Assembly: GCA_944389225.1 (NCBI GenBank)
Contig: CALXLP010000004.1
Location: 7,314-71,313, forward strand
Source: an uncultured Clostridia bacterium
Lineage (GTDB): Bacteria > Bacillota > Clostridia > TANB77 > CAG-508
Direction: 5' to 3'
DNA length: 64,000 nt
Part shown: positions 1 to 10,723 of the stretch, in pieces
How positions within the stretch are numbered: position 1 is the first letter of the stretch
How the letters are laid out: the number at the start of each line of letters is the position of its first letter
Translations under genes and position numbers: made by a program
Notes under the pieces: generated by a model
Database searches by the model: none
Told to the model about the DNA's origin: nothing
Seen by the model: only the letters and a program-made list of their open reading frames with translations

Positions 1-448
1 ACACAGACTTAATTGTATCCATTTTTGATGTTGCGTTGTTAAAATCAGATACAACCTCATTTTTTATGGTTTCTACCTCTTCTGTATTATATTTCATTTG
101 ATTCTGTGCTCCCTCACTATATGGTCCTAAATCATTCACTTTACTTGGAGTTGTTTGTTCTGCACTTGTTATATTGAATCCATCATCTGTTTGAGAATAG
201 TTATTTGCAATACTTTCTAATGCAAACGGAATATCTCTTACAACTAAATCTAATAAATCATTAATTTGTGGAATGATCTTATTAAATTCAGTTACTAAGG
301 TTTCATATCTTTTACCATACCAAACATTATGCATATTTGCTATTTTTTGATATACTGACGTTAAATACTTATTTAAATCTTGAGCATTACTTCTTATCGT
401 TTTAGCATTTGTTGCCAAAGTTTGGTAATTTACATCAAAATTTGCCAT
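1..448 (-). CDS. WXG100/ESAT-6-like N-terminal domain protein (possible LXG-type polymorphic toxin N-terminus); 5' part only, runs off the window
   Basis: ATG at 448..446 preceded by RBS GGGAGGTG. Translation MANFDVNYQTLATNAKTIRSNAQDLNKYLTSVYQKIANMHNVWYGKRYE has a W-x-G motif at residues 42-44 as in WXG100 proteins. The ORF stays open for >149 aa to position 1. Confidence 0.45.
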   Translation of the reverse strand, partial: MANFDVNYQTLATNAKTIRSNAQDLNKYLTSVYQKIANMHNVWYGKRYETLVTEFNKIIPQINDLLDLVVRDIPFALESIANNYSQTDDGFNITSAEQTTPSKVNDLGPYSEGAQNQMKYNTEEVETIKNEVVSDFNNATSKMDTIKSV

Positions 449-689
449 ATTCGTTCACCTCCCTTTAATATTTGATTTCACTATAACTATAAGTTTTTGT
501 TTTGTCAATACCTTTTTTAAAAAATTTTCCACATCGATTTTTTCTTGATTTTTCCGTATTTATTTAGAAAATGTTCACACTTCCTATTTCCGTAAATCGT
601 TCTTATTTTTTCTCTTGACAAAATCTGTTATAATATAAATAAAAAAATTTTTTAATGATTCTATGAATTTATAAAATAAGGAGTATATT

Positions 690-1400
690 ATGCAAAGAAT
701 ATTAAGTCATATGCGAAAAGCTATAGAAGAATATCACATGATAGAGGAAGGTGATAAAATTGCTATTTGCCTTTCTGGAGGAAAAGATTCCATTACTATG
801 TTAAAAGCTTTTAAAAACTTACAAATATTTTACCCAAAAAAGTTTGATATAGTCGCTGTAAGTGTAAACCCTGGCTTTGAATTTTTTGATATTACCTTTT
901 TAGAAAAAATATGTAATGAAGTAGATATCCCTCTATTTGTTGAAAATAGCAATGCAAAAGAAATTGTCTTTGATATAAGAAAAGAAAAAAATCCATGTTC
1001 TTTATGTGCAAATCTACGTAGAGGTGTGATTAATTCTATTGCTATTCGAGAAGGATGTAATAAAATCGCTCTAGGTCATAATCAAGATGATGTTTTAGAA
1101 ACTTTTCTTTTAAATTTACTATATACTGGAAATATTAGTACATTTTCTCCTAAAAGTTATATGGACCGTTCAAAAATTACATTGATTAGACCTCTTGTAT
1201 ATACACCAGAAAAGGAAATTAAACGTTTTGTTAGAAAAAATAATATTGCAGTTATGCCCAAAGTTTGTCCAATGGATGGAACTTCTAAAAGAGAAGATAT
1301 GAAAAATTTAATTTATACTTTATCCAAAAACATTCCTATGATAAGGGCTAATTTATTTGGTGCTATTCAGCGAAATTTGGATGATTGGAAAATTCAATAA
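690..1400 (+). CDS. ttcA: tRNA 2-thiocytidine biosynthesis protein TtcA (PP-loop ATPase)
   Basis: SGGKDS PP-loop motif, CSLCANLRRG cysteine motif, RBS AAGGAG upstream. Confidence 0.8.
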   Translation: MQRILSHMRKAIEEYHMIEEGDKIAICLSGGKDSITMLKAFKNLQIFYPKKFDIVAVSVNPGFEFFDITFLEKICNEVDIPLFVENSNAKEIVFDIRKEKNPCSLCANLRRGVINSIAIREGCNKIALGHNQDDVLETFLLNLLYTGNISTFSPKSYMDRSKITLIRPLVYTPEKEIKRFVRKNNIAVMPKVCPMDGTSKREDMKNLIYTLSKNIPMIRANLFGAIQRNLDDWKIQ

Positions 1401-1545
1401 GTTTGTAAAAACTTTTTGATAGAAATAAAAAATTTTGATAAACTCAAATATCAAATAAAAACACAATATATAAATGATAATTATTTATATATTGTGTTTT
1501 ATTATTTTACGAAATATTTTCAAAATTTTCTATATTCATTAACAA

Positions 1546-3270
1546 CTATTTTACAACATTTAGCATTGCTTGTTTTAAATCTTCTAATTTTCTCGTTGCT
1601 TCTTCATCAGTTTTCCCTTTTACTCCCATATATAATTTTATTTTTGGTTCTGTTCCTGATGGTCTAATGCAACACCAATTATTATCTTCTAATTCATAAT
1701 ACAGAACATTTGATTTTGGAAGACCACTTTTACTTTCTTCTCCTGTTATCATATTTTTTACATAGTCTTTTTCTATATCTTTGAAAGTTAAAACTTTATA
1801 ATCTCCAATCTTTTCTATGTCTTTATTACGGGTATTTGTCATCATTTGTTTAATTTCTTCTGCACCTTCTGCACCTTCTCTTACAATAGAGACTTGTGTT
1901 TCCTTGTAATAACCATATTTTTCATAAATTGCTATCATTTGATCCCATAACGTCATTCCTTTTGATTGATAATAACATGCTGCTTCACAAAGTGCCATAA
2001 CGGCTGCAATTCCATCTTTATCTCTTGCATAATCTCCAATTAAGCAACCATAACTTTCTTCAAATCCAAATACATATTCTTTATCTTTATTTTCCTCTGC
2101 TTTTCTCATAACTGCACCAATATTTTTAAATCCAGTTAATACTTCAATTACCTCTAATCCGTAATATTCTCCAATTGCTTTTGTTAAGTTAGAAGATACA
2201 ATAGTAGTTATCATCATTCCATTTTTAGGCAAAATACCTTTTTCTTTCATTTGAGATATTCTATATTCTGCAATTAATAATGCTGACATATTTCCTGTAT
2301 AATTTTTATATTCACCTGTTTTACTATCTTTTGCAAAAATACCTAATCTATCTGCATCTGGATCTGTCGCTAATACAACATCTGCATCTACTTTTTTGGC
2401 TAATTCTAAGGCTAATTTGAATGCTTTTGGATCCTCTGGATTTGGATAATCCACTGTTGGGAAATTTCCATCTGGTTCCTTTTGTTCTGGAACAACATAT
2501 AAATTCTCAATTCCTATTTCATTCAATAATCTTTCTGCTACCATATTTCCTGTTCCATGCAATGGTGTATAAACCACTTTTAATTTTTTCCCTTGTTCTT
2601 TTACGATTTCTGGATTTAAAATTAAACTTTTTAGTTTTTCAATATATAGATCATCCATTTCTTTTCCTACAAAGTTTAATAATCCTTTATTTTTTGCTTC
2701 CTCTTCTGACATTTGTTTTATCTCTGAGAAGCTTTCAACTGCTCTTACTTTTGCAATAATATCTTTATCCCTTGGTGATACAATTTGTGCTCCATCATCC
2801 CAATATACTTTATATCCATTATATTTTGGTGGATTGTGGCTAGCTGTTATCATAATACCTGCTGTACATTTTAATTCTCTTATGGCAAATGATAATTCAG
2901 GAACTGGTCTTAAACTTTCAAATAAATATGTTTTAATTCCATTTGCACATAAAATAAGTGCTGTTTGCATACTAAATTCTTTTGACATCTTTCTAGAATC
3001 ATAACTAATAGCTACACCTTTATCTTCCGTTCTTTGTTCTAATATATAATTTGCTAATCCTTGTGTTGCTTTTCCTACTGTATATTGGTTCATTCTATTG
3101 GTTCCTGCTCCAATAACACCTCTAAGCCCTGCTGTTCCAAATTCTAATTCTTTATAAAATCTATCCTCTATTTCTTTTTCATCATCTTTTATTGCTAATA
3201 ATTCTTTTTTCGTTTCTTCGTCAAATTCTGGACTTTCACACCATTTTTTATATTCTTCTAAATAGTTCAT
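1546..3270 (-). CDS. phosphoglucomutase/phosphomannomutase family (alpha-D-phosphohexomutase)
   Basis: TASHNPPKYNGYK active-site serine motif; 574 aa; RBS AAAGGAGG. Confidence 0.85.
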   Translation of the reverse strand: MNYLEEYKKWCESPEFDEETKKELLAIKDDEKEIEDRFYKELEFGTAGLRGVIGAGTNRMNQYTVGKATQGLANYILEQRTEDKGVAISYDSRKMSKEFSMQTALILCANGIKTYLFESLRPVPELSFAIRELKCTAGIMITASHNPPKYNGYKVYWDDGAQIVSPRDKDIIAKVRAVESFSEIKQMSEEEAKNKGLLNFVGKEMDDLYIEKLKSLILNPEIVKEQGKKLKVVYTPLHGTGNMVAERLLNEIGIENLYVVPEQKEPDGNFPTVDYPNPEDPKAFKLALELAKKVDADVVLATDPDADRLGIFAKDSKTGEYKNYTGNMSALLIAEYRISQMKEKGILPKNGMMITTIVSSNLTKAIGEYYGLEVIEVLTGFKNIGAVMRKAEENKDKEYVFGFEESYGCLIGDYARDKDGIAAVMALCEAACYYQSKGMTLWDQMIAIYEKYGYYKETQVSIVREGAEGAEEIKQMMTNTRNKDIEKIGDYKVLTFKDIEKDYVKNMITGEESKSGLPKSNVLYYELEDNNWCCIRPSGTEPKIKLYMGVKGKTDEEATRKLEDLKQAMLNVVK

Positions 3271-3343
3271 AACTAAAACCTCCTTTTATATTTTATAAAA
3301 AAAGGATTGAATACTATCATCTAATATTCAACCCTAATCATTA

Positions 3344-4603
3344 TTAATCTAAATGATAAAATTTCTTGTATAATTCTCTCGCAGTCTTAGGGCAATCCAC
3401 ACCTTTTTCATCACTATTTTTTACTGGTGCAAACTCTTCTTCTCTTTTCACTCTTAAAACCGCCATGTCATCTACCTCACCAAAAGCATCAAATAAAAAT
3501 GCTTCAAATTTATAGGCATTTGGTGAATCTGGTACAACCAAATTTCCATCTTTGTCTATATATTTTGCCTTTTTAAATGCAACATGATATGGTAATGGTT
3601 CTGCTCCCATTCTTTCGATTGCATCAATGCTAAATAAATTGCATAATATATGTGATTCACCATATAATAATTCACCATTTTCATCAGTCGCTTCTGCCAT
3701 TTCATCTGTAATCTCTGAGTATTCAATTACATTTGGTTTTCCATTTCTTCTACAAAATACACCTACTTTTTCATGTGGGTTTGCTTTTACAACTGACTTA
3801 CAAGCTACTGTTACTTTTTTATCAATAGCAATTCCCATCAAAACAGGATCTACCATTTTTGCCAAGCAATTGTCTACTCCACCAATAAATACCCATTCTA
3901 CGCCTAATTCTCTCATTTTTTTCGTCATATTGGTTTTTACTAATGATTCATAAATTCCACCATGTCCATCTGCTGCAAGTTTAATTAATCCATCTTCTCC
4001 AATTAAGATTTTTCCTTCTGTATCCATCATTGGAAGTTCACCTTGTTCAAAGAAAAACAAGTTTTTATTTTTTTGGTATCCAAAACATTTATGTTTTTCA
4101 AAAAATTCCACTGTATCTTTATTGTTCTCTCTACTTGTCATGATAAACCATGGAATCACAACCCCATATTTCTTTCCTTCTTCTTTTAAATTATCAGATA
4201 ATAATTCAAATAAAGATTTATGTGAGTCTAATCCGATATCATATGTACCCTTTGGTCCACTATGTCCTAATCTTGTTCCTTGTCCTCCAGCCATTGTGAC
4301 TGCTGCTAATTTTCCTTCTTTAATTGCCTTTTTCCCTATAGATTCATAATATTTATATTGGTCATTTAACTTATACTTATCTAAATAGTTAATAGGTGTA
4401 ATTTTATCATTTGTATTAACTTTTTGTTCTTTTGTACTATCATATAATTTGTTTACAAGTTCAAAATCAATATTACGAATTTGATTTAATAATATTTCCT
4501 TTTTCTTTTCATCTAACTCATTATAGTGATTTAATAAATGTTCTTGACCATATTTTTTTAATATATCTTTCATTTCTTCTAATTCTGTATCCATAGTTTT
4601 CAT
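3344..4603 (-). CDS. UDPGP-family nucleotide-sugar pyrophosphorylase (UDP-GlcNAc/UDP-Glc pyrophosphorylase-like)
   Basis: MAGGQGTRLGHSGPKG nucleotide-binding loop typical of the UDPGP family; the true start is probably the second ATG at 4594. Confidence 0.6.
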   Translation of the reverse strand: MKTMDTELEEMKDILKKYGQEHLLNHYNELDEKKKEILLNQIRNIDFELVNKLYDSTKEQKVNTNDKITPINYLDKYKLNDQYKYYESIGKKAIKEGKLAAVTMAGGQGTRLGHSGPKGTYDIGLDSHKSLFELLSDNLKEEGKKYGVVIPWFIMTSRENNKDTVEFFEKHKCFGYQKNKNLFFFEQGELPMMDTEGKILIGEDGLIKLAADGHGGIYESLVKTNMTKKMRELGVEWVFIGGVDNCLAKMVDPVLMGIAIDKKVTVACKSVVKANPHEKVGVFCRRNGKPNVIEYSEITDEMAEATDENGELLYGESHILCNLFSIDAIERMGAEPLPYHVAFKKAKYIDKDGNLVVPDSPNAYKFEAFLFDAFGEVDDMAVLRVKREEEFAPVKNSDEKGVDCPKTARELYKKFYHLD

Positions 4604-4719
4604 CCTTTCTAAAAATTTAAAATCATCCCTATATTACACCATAATTTTATTTTAGTCAATTATTGACAGGTAAAAAATTCACCTGTCATTTTACTTCTCA
4701 TTTTTCTTTTCCATTTTCT

Positions 4720-5175
4720 CTACAATCTAGATGTCCCTAAGACTTTATCATATTCTTTTGCAATTTCATCAATCTTTTCTTCTACTTCAAAGAACTCATA
4801 ACAATCAACAATTTTTACATGTTTATCAGCTATCACCCATTTTTCAATGTTTTTATTAATATTTTTGATGTAATTTTGTTTTCCTTTAATAAATATAACT
4901 ATATCTGCATCTTCTTTTGTTTTTTTACTAATCTCCTTAAATTTTTTTAAATCATTGTTATTCCAATCTAAATCTAATATTTTTGTTCGTTTTTCTTCTT
5001 TTAAATTCATTTTAGATATTAATGTATTAACTGTATCTTTCAAATTATTTTCTGTTAATATAATAATTTCTTTATTTTCATCCATACTTTTACTAATATA
5101 TGGCAAACTAATCATTTCAAAATGATAATCACTTGCATAAAATGCACAACTTTTTTCTTTTGTTATATTTTCCAT
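4720..5175 (-). CDS. hypothetical cytoplasmic protein (possible MEDS-like sensory domain)
   Basis: ORF with RBS AAAGGA 8 nt upstream of ATG (MENITKEK...); the N-terminal CAFYASDYHFE signature is weak. Confidence 0.35.
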   Translation of the reverse strand: MENITKEKSCAFYASDYHFEMISLPYISKSMDENKEIIILTENNLKDTVNTLISKMNLKEEKRTKILDLDWNNNDLKKFKEISKKTKEDADIVIFIKGKQNYIKNINKNIEKWVIADKHVKIVDCYEFFEVEEKIDEIAKEYDKVLGTSRL

Positions 5176-5385
5176 CACAAACATTCCTTTCAAATTCATA
5201 TAACCATACGGAATCACTAATTTCTTTGTTTTTGCTTACTGGTAAATTTTACCATTTCATTACAAATATGTCAATCATATTTCAAAGAAAGTCATCGTTT
5301 TTTTTCGACAATGTATATTTTTTCTTATTTTGTTAATACTTATCTTAAAGAATATTTTAGAAAAAAAGTTTATTGGAGGTAACTT

Positions 5386-6054
5386 ATGAAAAAATTTTTA
5401 AAATTATGTAATCATTCCAAGGTAAAAATGGTAATTATTTTAACATTTCTATTTTTTATCTATACTACCATTTGTGCCATATCATATGCCAACGATATTT
5501 CTAATGACATTGCTAACTCTGTTTTTCGTTTACATGTCATTGCCAATAGTGATTCTGATATTGATCAAAATTTAAAATATATTGTTAGAGACCATTTATT
5601 AGAATATATGAATACCCTATGTGCAAATTGCACTTCTAAAGAACAAGCAATTACAATTGCTAATGAACACTTAGAAGATTTTAAAAAAATTGCATTAAAT
5701 ACTATAAAAGATGAAGGATTTGACTATTCTGTTAATGTTAGTATCGGAAATTTTGAATTTCCAACAAAACATTATGGAGATATTTCTCTTCCTGCAGGAT
5801 ATTATGATGCCTTAAAAGTAGAGATTGGTGAAGCAAAAGGACAAAATTGGTGGTGTGTTATGTTTCCTCCTTTATGTTTTGTAGATGTCTCTTCTGGAGT
5901 TGTTCCTGAAGAATCAAAAGAAAACTTAGAAAATTCTTTGACTGATGAAGAATTTTCTATTGTATCTGATAATGAAGAAAATCCTACTTTTAAATTAAAA
6001 TTTAAAATATTAGAAATTTTAAACAATACAGGCCTAATTACTGCTAAAAAATAG
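5386..6054 (+). CDS. spoIIR: stage II sporulation protein R (SpoIIR)
   Basis: N-terminal signal/TM, conserved RLHVIANSDSDIDQNLKYIVRD block. Confidence 0.75.
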   Translation: MKKFLKLCNHSKVKMVIILTFLFFIYTTICAISYANDISNDIANSVFRLHVIANSDSDIDQNLKYIVRDHLLEYMNTLCANCTSKEQAITIANEHLEDFKKIALNTIKDEGFDYSVNVSIGNFEFPTKHYGDISLPAGYYDALKVEIGEAKGQNWWCVMFPPLCFVDVSSGVVPEESKENLENSLTDEEFSIVSDNEENPTFKLKFKILEILNNTGLITAKK

Positions 6055-6167
6055 TTGCAATCTGAATGTGTTTATGATATAGTTGATAAGAAAAGTAGAG
6101 TGTAAAATAATATACACTCTATTTTGTTTTAAATTCATAATATATAATTTTATTGGGGGTATATAAA

Positions 6168-7436
6168 TTGGAAAAATTAGTTGTAAAAGGGCCCACACCA
6201 CTAAAAGGAGAAGTAACTATTAGCGGTGCAAAAAATGCTGCCGTTGCAATTTTGCCAGCTACTCTTTTAATTGATGGTGTATGTACAATAGAAAATCTAC
6301 CAAATATTAGTGATATAAAAATATCTTGTACAATATTAGAAAAATTAGGTGCAAAAATTACTTGGAATGATGCTCATAGTATCACAATTGATACATCTAA
6401 TATTACAACAACAAAAGCACCTTTAGATTTAACAAGTAAATTTAGAGCTTCTTACTATATTATTGGTGCTATGCTTAGTCGAAAAGGCGAAATTGAAGTT
6501 GGTATGCCTGGTGGTTGTAAATTAGGTGCAAGACCAATTGATCAACATATTAAAGGATTTGAATTGTTAGGAGCAAATGTTACCGTAGAAAAAGGTAAAA
6601 TTTACGCAAAAGCAAAAAAATTAAAAGGTTGTCCTATTTATATGGATATTGTATCTGTAGGTGCTACGATTAATGTTATGCTATCAGCAGTACTTGCAAA
6701 AGGAACAACCATTATTGACAATGCTGCAAAAGAACCACATATTGTTGATGTCGCAAACTTTTTAAATACTATGGGAGCTGATATTAGAGGAGCCGGTACA
6801 GATGTTATCAAAATCAATGGTGTTGAAAAACTAAAAGGAAATGCAACTTATTCTGTCGTTCCTGATCAAATTGAAGCAGGTACTTTTATGCTTGCTGCAG
6901 TTGCAACAAAAGGGGATTTATTAATTAAAAACTGTATTACCAAACATTTAGAATCTATTACTGCTAAAATTATAGAAATTGGCGGTAATGTAGAAGATAA
7001 TGGTGATAGTATTCGTGTTTGGTGTAATAAGAGACCTAATAGAGCAACCATTAAAACTTTACCATATCCTGGTTTCCCTACAGATTTACAACCACAGATG
7101 GGTGTTGTTTTATCACTTGCCAATGGGACAAGCACAATTAATGAAAGTATATGGGATTCTAGATTCCAATATACAGAAGAATTAAATAAAATGGGTGCAA
7201 AAATTACTGCTCATGGAAAAACAGCCTTCTTTGAAGGTGTTAAAAAATTATCAGGTGCACCTGTATATTCCTCAGACTTAAGAGCTGGAGCAGCTTTAGT
7301 TATTGCAGGTACTGCTGCTGAGGGTATAACAGAAATCTATAATCTAGAACATATTGATCGAGGATATGAAAATATAGAAGACAAGTTTAGAAAAATAGGT
7401 GCCAATATCGAAAGAGTAAATGAAGAAGAAAATTAA
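6168..7436 (+). CDS. murA: UDP-N-acetylglucosamine 1-carboxyvinyltransferase MurA
   Basis: KLVVKGPTPLKGEVTISGAKNAAVAILPATLL N-terminus, 420+ aa; likely TTG start at 6168. Confidence 0.9.
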   Translation: MEKLVVKGPTPLKGEVTISGAKNAAVAILPATLLIDGVCTIENLPNISDIKISCTILEKLGAKITWNDAHSITIDTSNITTTKAPLDLTSKFRASYYIIGAMLSRKGEIEVGMPGGCKLGARPIDQHIKGFELLGANVTVEKGKIYAKAKKLKGCPIYMDIVSVGATINVMLSAVLAKGTTIIDNAAKEPHIVDVANFLNTMGADIRGAGTDVIKINGVEKLKGNATYSVVPDQIEAGTFMLAAVATKGDLLIKNCITKHLESITAKIIEIGGNVEDNGDSIRVWCNKRPNRATIKTLPYPGFPTDLQPQMGVVLSLANGTSTINESIWDSRFQYTEELNKMGAKITAHGKTAFFEGVKKLSGAPVYSSDLRAGAALVIAGTAAEGITEIYNLEHIDRGYENIEDKFRKIGANIERVNEEEN

Positions 7437-7478
7437 ATTTTCTTATATAATAAACAAAGGAAAGAGATTGAAGAAATT

Positions 7479-8268
7479 ATGCTAAATTTTTGTAGTTTAT
7501 ATAGTGGAAGTAGCGGAAATAGCTTATTTATTGAAACAGACAATACGAAACTATTGATTGATGCAGGTGTTAGTAGTAAAAAAATAGAAAAAGCCTTAAA
7601 TGATATACATGTTGACCCTTGCACTTTAGATGGTATTTTAGTTACGCATGAACATTCTGATCATGTACAAGGATTAGGAACTTTTTCTAAAAAATTTGAT
7701 TTACCTGTATTTGTCAATCAAGAAACATTAGATGCTATGCCAAAGCAAAGAGATAAAATTGCTGATAAGAATATTAAAAAATTTAAAGTTGCAGAAAAAT
7801 TTTCAATAGGAGATTTGGACATTAATCCATTTTCCATACCTCATGATGCTGCAAATCCTTGTGGATTTACCATATTAAACGAAAATAAGAAAATTAGTAT
7901 TGCAACAGATATTGGACATATGACAAATGATATTTTAAAAAACTTAGAAGAAAGCTTGTTTGTCATGTTAGAGTCTAACTATGATCCAGAAGTATTAAAA
8001 TGTTCGTCATATCCTTTTTCTCTGAAATCTAGAATTGCCGGACCATCACGGACATTTATCAAATCAAATCGCTGGAAAAACCATTTCTTTTCTATTAAAA
8101 TCAGGTTTAAAAAATGCAATGCTTGGTCATTTAAGCAAAGAAAGTAATTTTCCAGAGCTTGCTTATAAAACAGTTGTTGAAGAGTTAATAGCAAATAATT
8201 ATAATGAAAATTCTTTGGCATTATCTGTTGCAGGTAGAGATACACATAGTAAATTGGTTACAATTTAA
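7479..8268 (+). pseudogene. yycJ: YycJ/WalJ-like metallo-beta-lactamase-fold hydrolase, reading frame broken near 8030-8040
   Basis: N-terminal part (THEHSDHVQG metal-binding motif) is in one frame; the C-terminal part (PDHHGHLSNQIAGK...LGHLSKESN) continues in another frame (ORF 8035..8268). The frame-1 tail after 8030 is nonsense. Confidence 0.6.
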
Positions 8269-8369
8269 ACTTTATATGAACTTTAAGGCTCTCCTTAAAG
8301 TTCTTTTTCAAAATAAAAGCTTATCATTAAAATTAGGATGATTTGTAAAATTCAAAAAGGAGTCATTAT

Positions 8370-8849
8370 ATGTTAAATATAAATATTGTATGTATTGGAA
8401 AAATTAAAGAAACCTATTTAAAAGATGCTATAAAAGAATATTCTAAAAGATTAAGTAAATATTGTAAATTGTCCATTTTAGAATTACCTGATGAAAAAAT
8501 ACCTGATAAATTAAACGAAAGCCTTTCCAATGAAATCAAAAATAAAGAATCCAATAACATATTAAACCATATCAAAAAAGATTCTTATATCATTTGTTTA
8601 GATTTAACTGGTAAAGAACTTTCTTCTGAAGAGTTTTCAAAAAACATAGAAAATTTATCTTTACAAACAAGCAATATTACCTTTGTTATTGGAGGTTCAT
8701 TAGGGCTTTCTTCTGATTTATTAAAAAAAGCTCATCAAAAGATATGTTTTTCAAGAATGACATTTCCTCATCAATTAATTCGTGTCTTTTTATTAGAACA
8801 AATTTTTAGAGGATTTAAAATATCAAATGGTGAGACTTATCATAGATAA
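8370..8849 (+). CDS. rlmH: 23S rRNA (pseudouridine1915-N3)-methyltransferase RlmH (SPOUT)
   Basis: 159 aa, MLNINIVCIGKIKE...YSKRL signature; sits downstream of yycJ as in other Firmicutes. Confidence 0.85.
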   Translation: MLNINIVCIGKIKETYLKDAIKEYSKRLSKYCKLSILELPDEKIPDKLNESLSNEIKNKESNNILNHIKKDSYIICLDLTGKELSSEEFSKNIENLSLQTSNITFVIGGSLGLSSDLLKKAHQKICFSRMTFPHQLIRVFLLEQIFRGFKISNGETYHR

Positions 8850-9153
8850 ATATATATTATATTGTAGAGAAAATAACATAGAAAAAAATATTTAAAGAAT
8901 ATAGGGGCAAAAAAATTTTTAAATACTAATTATGGGGGATTTGTTATTTCCTCTACAAAATTAAAAACTGAATTTATTTTGAATTTGTTTCTGATTTTAA
9001 AATTTTATAAAATAATATTTTTACAATTATGATTCTTACTATAAAAAATATTGAAATAAATACTATTATTTTTAATAACATTTGATTTGAATATCCTTAT
9101 TGATTTAATTTCCATAATTATACAATATATGTAAAATAATGTCAAGAAAAACT

Positions 9154-9684
9154 TTACGACAAAAAACGACATACAAGAATACTTGTCACAATTCCAACAA
9201 TATCTGCTGTTAAGGATGCTATCAAGACAAATCTTGTCTTCTTTATTTTCACACTTGAAGAATACACGGCAATTGTATATAATGTCGTCTCTGTTGCTCC
9301 CATAATAACAGCTGCCATAATTCCAATTTGGCTGTCCACTCCAAAATTTTTCATAATGTCTGTTGCAACTGCTATCGAACTACTTCCTGATATTGGTCTT
9401 AACAGTGCTAATGGCATAATTTCTGTTGGAAAATGCACCATATTTAATAAAGGTTCTATCAATTTAATAGCTATATCAATCACACCTGAACTTCTTAATG
9501 TCCCTACTGCTAAAAAAAGACCTATTAAAGTCGGGAAAATATTAATGACAATTTTTATTCCATCTTTTGCTCCTTCAATAAATTTATCAAAAACTTCTTT
9601 TTTTTCTATAAAACCATATATAACAATGATTAATATAATTAGTGGCATTGCCAAATTTGATAAAAAATTAATACTATTTATCAT
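9154..9684 (-). CDS. spmB: spore maturation protein B (nucleoside-recognition-domain membrane protein)
   Basis: 176-aa polytopic membrane protein overlapping spmA by 4 nt. Confidence 0.65.
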   Translation of the reverse strand: MINSINFLSNLAMPLIILIIVIYGFIEKKEVFDKFIEGAKDGIKIVINIFPTLIGLFLAVGTLRSSGVIDIAIKLIEPLLNMVHFPTEIMPLALLRPISGSSSIAVATDIMKNFGVDSQIGIMAAVIMGATETTLYTIAVYSSSVKIKKTRFVLIASLTADIVGIVTSILVCRFLS

Positions 9685-10283
9685 ATATTCTCCCTTTTAT
9701 TAGAATACTTAATAAGCAATTTTGTTACTGTTACACCTGCAATTGCTGCACAAATTGTTGCTATCCATACAGGTACAATAATAGAAGTTGGATTTTCCGC
9801 ACCTAAAGAACTTCTTATGGCAATAATAGTTGTTGGAATGATTTGGATTGAAGCTGTATTTATGACAATTAGCATAATCATAGAATTACTTAATTCTTGC
9901 TTATTTTTATTTTCTTCTTGCAAAGTTTCCATCGCTTTTAACCCTAATGGTGTAGCCGCATTTCCTAATCCTAAAATATTAGCCACCATATTCATAGAAA
10001 TTTCATTTTGTGCTTTTTGATTTTCTCTTATTTCTGGGAAAAGAAATTTTATAATTGGTTTTAACATTGTATTCATCAATTTCATTATATTCGTATTTGC
10101 TGCAACATTAATAATTCCACTCCATAAACACATTGTTCCTAACATAGTGATACTTAAGTTTACAGCACTTTCTACACTATCAAAAATACTAGAATTCAAA
10201 TTTTGTAAATTTCCTGAAAAAATCGCATAAGAAAATGATATTATTATGAAAATTGGCCAAACTAAATTTAACATATTTATCAC
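9681..10283 (-). CDS. spmA: spore maturation protein A
   Basis: 200-aa membrane protein, MINMLNLVWP...SGIINVAA; paired with spmB. Confidence 0.7.
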   Translation of the reverse strand: MINMLNLVWPIFIIISFSYAIFSGNLQNLNSSIFDSVESAVNLSITMLGTMCLWSGIINVAANTNIMKLMNTMLKPIIKFLFPEIRENQKAQNEISMNMVANILGLGNAATPLGLKAMETLQEENKNKQELSNSMIMLIVINTASIQIIPTTIIAIRSSLGAENPTSIIVPVWIATICAAIAGVTVTKLLIKYSNKRENI

Positions 10284-10326
10284 CTAAATAATTTTATTCT
10301 ATTATGAACTTTTTATTACTTTTTAA

Positions 10327-10355
10327 TTGACCTGCTTGTCTATTTGTGATATAGT
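10327..10355 (+). promoter_or_regulatory. sigma-A-type promoter upstream of abrB (TTGACC-17-TATAGT)
   Basis: -35 at 10327-10332, 17-nt spacer, -10 at 10350-10355, about 50 nt upstream of the abrB RBS. Confidence 0.45.
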
Positions 10356-10405
10356 AACTATGTATATAGGGTTGTAAATTAACTTTTTAAGGGGGGGATA
10401 AACTT

Positions 10406-10660
10406 ATGAAATCAACAGGAATTATTAGAAAAGTAGATGAACTAGGAAGAGTAGTTATTCCTATCGAAATCAGAAATCAATTTAACATTGCTGAAAAAGA
10501 TCCTATTGAAATATATGTTGATGGTTCATCAATCGTACTAAAAAAATATGAACCAAATTGTATTTTTTGTGGAAATACCGAAAATTTAATCAATTATAAC
10601 GATAAATTAATTTGTGAAGATTGTTCAAAGAAAATAAGTAAATTAAAACCAAGTAAATAA
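10406..10660 (+). CDS. abrB: transition-state regulator AbrB (AbrB/MazE swapped-hairpin DNA-binding domain)
   Basis: MKSTGIIRKVDELGRVVIPIEIRNQFNIAEKDPIEIYVDGSSIVLKKYEP nearly matches B. subtilis AbrB; RBS GGGGGGGATAA. Confidence 0.75.
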   Translation: MKSTGIIRKVDELGRVVIPIEIRNQFNIAEKDPIEIYVDGSSIVLKKYEPNCIFCGNTENLINYNDKLICEDCSKKISKLKPSK

Positions 10661-10697
10661 GAGCTTTGCTCTTACTTACTTGGTCCTTTTGTTTTTC
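10649..10697. terminator. intrinsic terminator after abrB (and convergent rsmI)
   Basis: 16-bp stem CCAAGTAAATAAGAGC/GCTCTTACTTACTTGG followed by TTTTGTTTTT. Confidence 0.6.
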
Positions 10698-10723
10698 AGC
10701 ATTCTTATCATTCACTATTTTAT

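Noticed and set aside
2421-2759. Antisense ORFs embedded in longer genes (e.g. 2421..2759, 3627..3953, 4122..4349, 6866..7135, 14794..14985, 25926..26222, 30614..31024, 40868..41407, 42995..43372, 53925..54449)
   Set aside because: All lie entirely within well-supported genes on the opposite strand. They have low-complexity Leu/Phe/Ser-rich translations typical of the antisense of AT-rich coding DNA and no RBS. They were treated as artefacts of the six-frame scan.
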